A stretch of DNA of 64,000 nucleotides from a virus (lineage: Duplodnaviria; Caudoviricetes), in IMG/VR virus record IMGVR_UViG_3300030330_005435, positions 1 through 64,000 of that record; one strand, written 5' to 3'. Below the pieces are notes generated by a model that saw only the letters and a list, made by a program, of their open reading frames with translations, made no database searches and was not told the origin of the DNA. The position numbers and the translations under genes are program-made. Shown here piece by piece: positions 61,751-64,000 of the stretch (position 1 is its first letter; each line of letters begins with the position of its first letter).

Positions 61751-61996
61751 TCACTTATTTCTTCTATTACGTCTTTCTTTTGCCCGCTTTCTTTTTAACT
61801 CTTGTCGGATCCGTGCACGCTCGGCTTTGATTCGTTTTTCTTTTTTAGCAACAGATGGTTTTTTATAGCGGCGACGATCACGAACCTGTTCAACAATTCG
61901 TTCTTTCTTGCACTTTTTAATAAATCTTCTTATCATTCTTTCAGAGTTGCCGCGGCATTCTTTAGATGAAACTGATACGTTACATTGTTTTTTCAT
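61751..61996 (-). CDS. rpsU: Phage-encoded ribosomal protein bS21
   Basis: VSV....GNSERMIRRFIKK..K..I....R.RRRYKKPS..KKEK matches the bS21 pattern. Confidence 0.85.
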   Translation of the reverse strand: MKKQCNVSVSSKECRGNSERMIRRFIKKCKKERIVEQVRDRRRYKKPSVAKKEKRIKAERARIRQELKRKRAKERRNRRNK

Positions 61997-61999
61997 AAT

Positions 62000-62410
62000 T
62001 CACTTCATTGCATTCCATATTTGAGATGCGCCGCCAACCAAAGATGAGATATCGACTCCAGAATCATTAGGGGCCCCCAGGTCAACAGTGCCGGCTGCTT
62101 GACTATGTTCAGCAGGTGCGGGTGTTGTACCTTCAAATAAATCAACGCCATTATAAGCATCTTTCCCAATAGCATCTAACATGCGTCTTTTCTGTTGTTT
62201 TAATTTTTGGACGTTGTTCGTTTGTCGATTTTCATTTTTTGTTGTTTGTGGGGCTGTAGATTGTTGTTGTGCTTCAACAAGCACTTTACCTTGCATGCCG
62301 ACTGCAACTTCTGAAACAATATTTGACAGCAAGCCTTCTTCCAACAATACTTCATGTATGCACTCTTTTACTAATGGCTTAATTACTTTTTTAAGATCAG
62401 CCTTTTTCAT
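62000..62410 (-). CDS. Hypothetical head-associated protein
   Basis: MKKADLKKVIKPLVKECI.EVLLEE amphipathic N-terminus; follows the prohead protease. Confidence 0.6.
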   Translation of the reverse strand: MKKADLKKVIKPLVKECIHEVLLEEGLLSNIVSEVAVGMQGKVLVEAQQQSTAPQTTKNENRQTNNVQKLKQQKRRMLDAIGKDAYNGVDLFEGTTPAPAEHSQAAGTVDLGAPNDSGVDISSLVGGASQIWNAMK

Positions 62411-63005
62411 TTAAAACCTCATTTAATAGACGATTAATTCTATCTGCTTTTGTAAATACTTTGTTTTGAAACTCTTTAGCTTCTTTCATCATGAACGCGC
62501 CTGGTGTGGATGGTTCAGAAACAAAGTCAAAACAAATAAGTTGAAAATCGTCTTCAACAACAGTGTTTCCTTGGGACTCTGATACCGATCCCATTCCCCG
62601 AGATGATATACCAATACTAACTCCAGCGCTTACCAAAGACTGTAAAACTTGTCCAGAAGGTGTGTCCAGAACTTTGGCTTTGCCCATAACATTTTTACCA
62701 TCCCACCAAACATCAGTCATCATATGAGATGCGTTTCTTAAATTAATTACTGAATCATCTGGGTGGTCTAATTCACCTAATGCTCGGCGCTCTTTTACAA
62801 GCTTTGAATAGTTCACCATTTCTCTTTTTAGTACATGTTCTGGGTAAACTCTTCCATTTCCATTAACAGTATCTGCTTTTTGAATGATGCCAGTTAGCAT
62901 CATTCCCCCATTAGATACAAAGCGCTTCTCTTCTTCTGTTAATAAATCCTGGCAAACACCACCTTCGCAGAGTTCATAGTACTCTCTAAGTAACTTCTGA
63001 CCCAT
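62397..63005 (-). CDS. Prohead core protease (gp21-like)
   Basis: GIIQKADTVNGNGRVYP, ALGELDHP, ASH, GISSRGMGS, FDFVSEPSTPGA. Confidence 0.95.
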   Translation of the reverse strand: MGQKLLREYYELCEGGVCQDLLTEEEKRFVSNGGMMLTGIIQKADTVNGNGRVYPEHVLKREMVNYSKLVKERRALGELDHPDDSVINLRNASHMMTDVWWDGKNVMGKAKVLDTPSGQVLQSLVSAGVSIGISSRGMGSVSESQGNTVVEDDFQLICFDFVSEPSTPGAFMMKEAKEFQNKVFTKADRINRLLNEVLNEKG

Positions 63006-63007
63006 AG

Positions 63008-63097
63008 CTAAGATCCTTTGCAGCAGCGTCTAACTGGTTGAAGCATCCACTTGTTTGTCCATGTGGCAGGACTGTTCATTTGCGTGTTTGTGTTCAT
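63008..63097 (-). CDS. 29-aa peptide MNTNTQMNSPATWTNKWMLQPVRRCCKGS (not in ORF track)
   Basis: Manual translation; GGAG RBS 6 nt upstream; stop 2 nt before the protease start. Confidence 0.45.
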   Translation of the reverse strand: MNTNTQMNSPATWTNKWMLQPVRRCCKGS

Positions 63098-63380
63098 GTT
63101 TTACTCCGTTATCTCCGAATATCATATTCAGTATGTAAGATGTTCCTGATGAAAGCCAACCTAAAATAAAATAGTTTGTTACAGAAACTTCAAAACTAAA
63201 TAGTTCCGTGAACGGAGAAAGTAGCATTAAAAACCAACCAACATGAAATCCCATGCACATAGGACATTTAAACAACTGTCCCAATCTTCCCTCTGTCGGT
63301 CTTAAGCCGTCAAATATTTTACCGTATACAAGTATTTGTGTCAGCCCGTAGGCACATAGTATGAATGTTAATAGTTCCAA
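63030..63380 (-). CDS. Membrane protein, DUF1360-like
   Basis: Hydrophobic helices, LFKCPMCMGFHVG CxxC motif. Confidence 0.6.
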   Translation of the reverse strand: MELLTFILCAYGLTQILVYGKIFDGLRPTEGRLGQLFKCPMCMGFHVGWFLMLLSPFTELFSFEVSVTNYFILGWLSSGTSYILNMIFGDNGVKHEHKHANEQSCHMDKQVDASTS

Positions 63381-63382
63381 TT

Positions 63383-63961
63383 TTACTCCATTGGTTTTGA
63401 TTGTAATTTGAAATCGGTGGCTAAGTATTTTTGCATAGTATCAGTTCCCCAGTTTTTTGGTATAGGTTGATCATCGCCCAATGACTGTAATTGCTCCATA
63501 GCAAAAGACACAAAGGGGCCGTTCAATAATGGGTTGATTGAGCCTTCATATGCATCGTGAACGTTCAACAAATTTAAAATTGGATTTTTGCTGGCTGCAA
63601 CATCATCTACCAACATTAAACTTGCTATGACTTGCGCGTCGTCTTTAAGATTTAATTTTGCCCTTTTGCTTACATTGGAAACTAATTTAGCACCAGAGCG
63701 TACTAAACCAAATCCAATCGCGCCCGTTGCAAAAGATGCTATATCAACACCAGCATCGATGGCTGCTGTTTCCAATTGTTTTCCAAGTTTACCACCCGAG
63801 GCTATATCTTTAGCAATAAATCTTACGAGGAATTTTAATTGGCCAGCGTTGATACTATCACCTTGAATGCTTTTAAATTTGCTTAAAATGTCAGCAAACT
63901 TATCGGTTTCTGTTTCTTGTTCGTTGACAAACTTGTTCCAATTTTCAATTAAAGTTTTCAT
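63383..63961 (-). CDS. Hypothetical virion/head protein
   Basis: MKTLIENWNKFVNE N-terminus; lies within the head module. Confidence 0.6.
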   Translation of the reverse strand: MKTLIENWNKFVNEQETETDKFADILSKFKSIQGDSINAGQLKFLVRFIAKDIASGGKLGKQLETAAIDAGVDIASFATGAIGFGLVRSGAKLVSNVSKRAKLNLKDDAQVIASLMLVDDVAASKNPILNLLNVHDAYEGSINPLLNGPFVSFAMEQLQSLGDDQPIPKNWGTDTMQKYLATDFKLQSKPME

Positions 63962-64000
63962 TTTAAATTGTATACAAGTAGCTCAACGAATATGGATCTC
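63958..64000 (-). CDS. 3' end of gene entering from beyond the window (...RDPYSLSYLYTI)
   Basis: Open frame ending in TAA overlapping the next ATG; frame not independently confirmed. Confidence 0.35.
   Translation of the reverse strand, partial: RSIFVELLVYNLK

Noticed and set aside
1-64000. tRNA, rRNA, CRISPR, integrase, transposase, reverse transcriptase/DGR
   Set aside because: None recognised; intergenic gaps are short and explained by promoters and terminators; a tRNAscan/Infernal run would be needed to exclude small RNAs formally
1-64000. Stop-codon reassignment (seen in some jumbo phages)
   Set aside because: Core genes are full length in the standard code, and TAA, TGA and TAG all end genes at expected positions

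Overview
This 64 kb window is a fragment of a large, probably aquatic, contractile-tailed dsDNA phage (jumbo-like myovirus with T4-type gp23 capsid, gp21 protease, gp18/gp19 tail and gp13/14/15 neck genes). Every credible gene is on the minus strand, in the standard code, at roughly 38% GC by eye. The right half (about 31.4-64 kb) is the virion module: baseplate, tape measure, tube, sheath, neck, capsid, scaffold, an array of fibre/decoration paralogues, ribosomal protein bS21 and the prohead protease. The left half holds replication and repair genes (DnaE, mini-PolA, DnaB, RecA, gp32-like SSB, 5'-3' exonuclease, UvsE, class II RNR), proteostasis genes (GroEL, GroES, J-domain, two ClpP, thioredoxin), metabolic genes (GuaB-family enzyme, phosphomannomutase), an endolysin, a divergent tubulin/FtsZ-like gene and a DNA restriction/modification cluster. 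Strongest leads: (1) an MspI-family (CCGG) restriction endonuclease paired with an amino-methyltransferase (DPPF) rather than the usual C5 enzyme, with apparent CCGG depletion in the window; (2) a recurring set of enzyme folds with eroded catalytic motifs; (3) a late-promoter-like motif CTA(T/C/A)TTA alongside consensus sigma70 promoters; (4) a candidate +1/-2 programmed frameshift in the tail chaperone gene. All family assignments come from motif recognition by eye; no database search was run.
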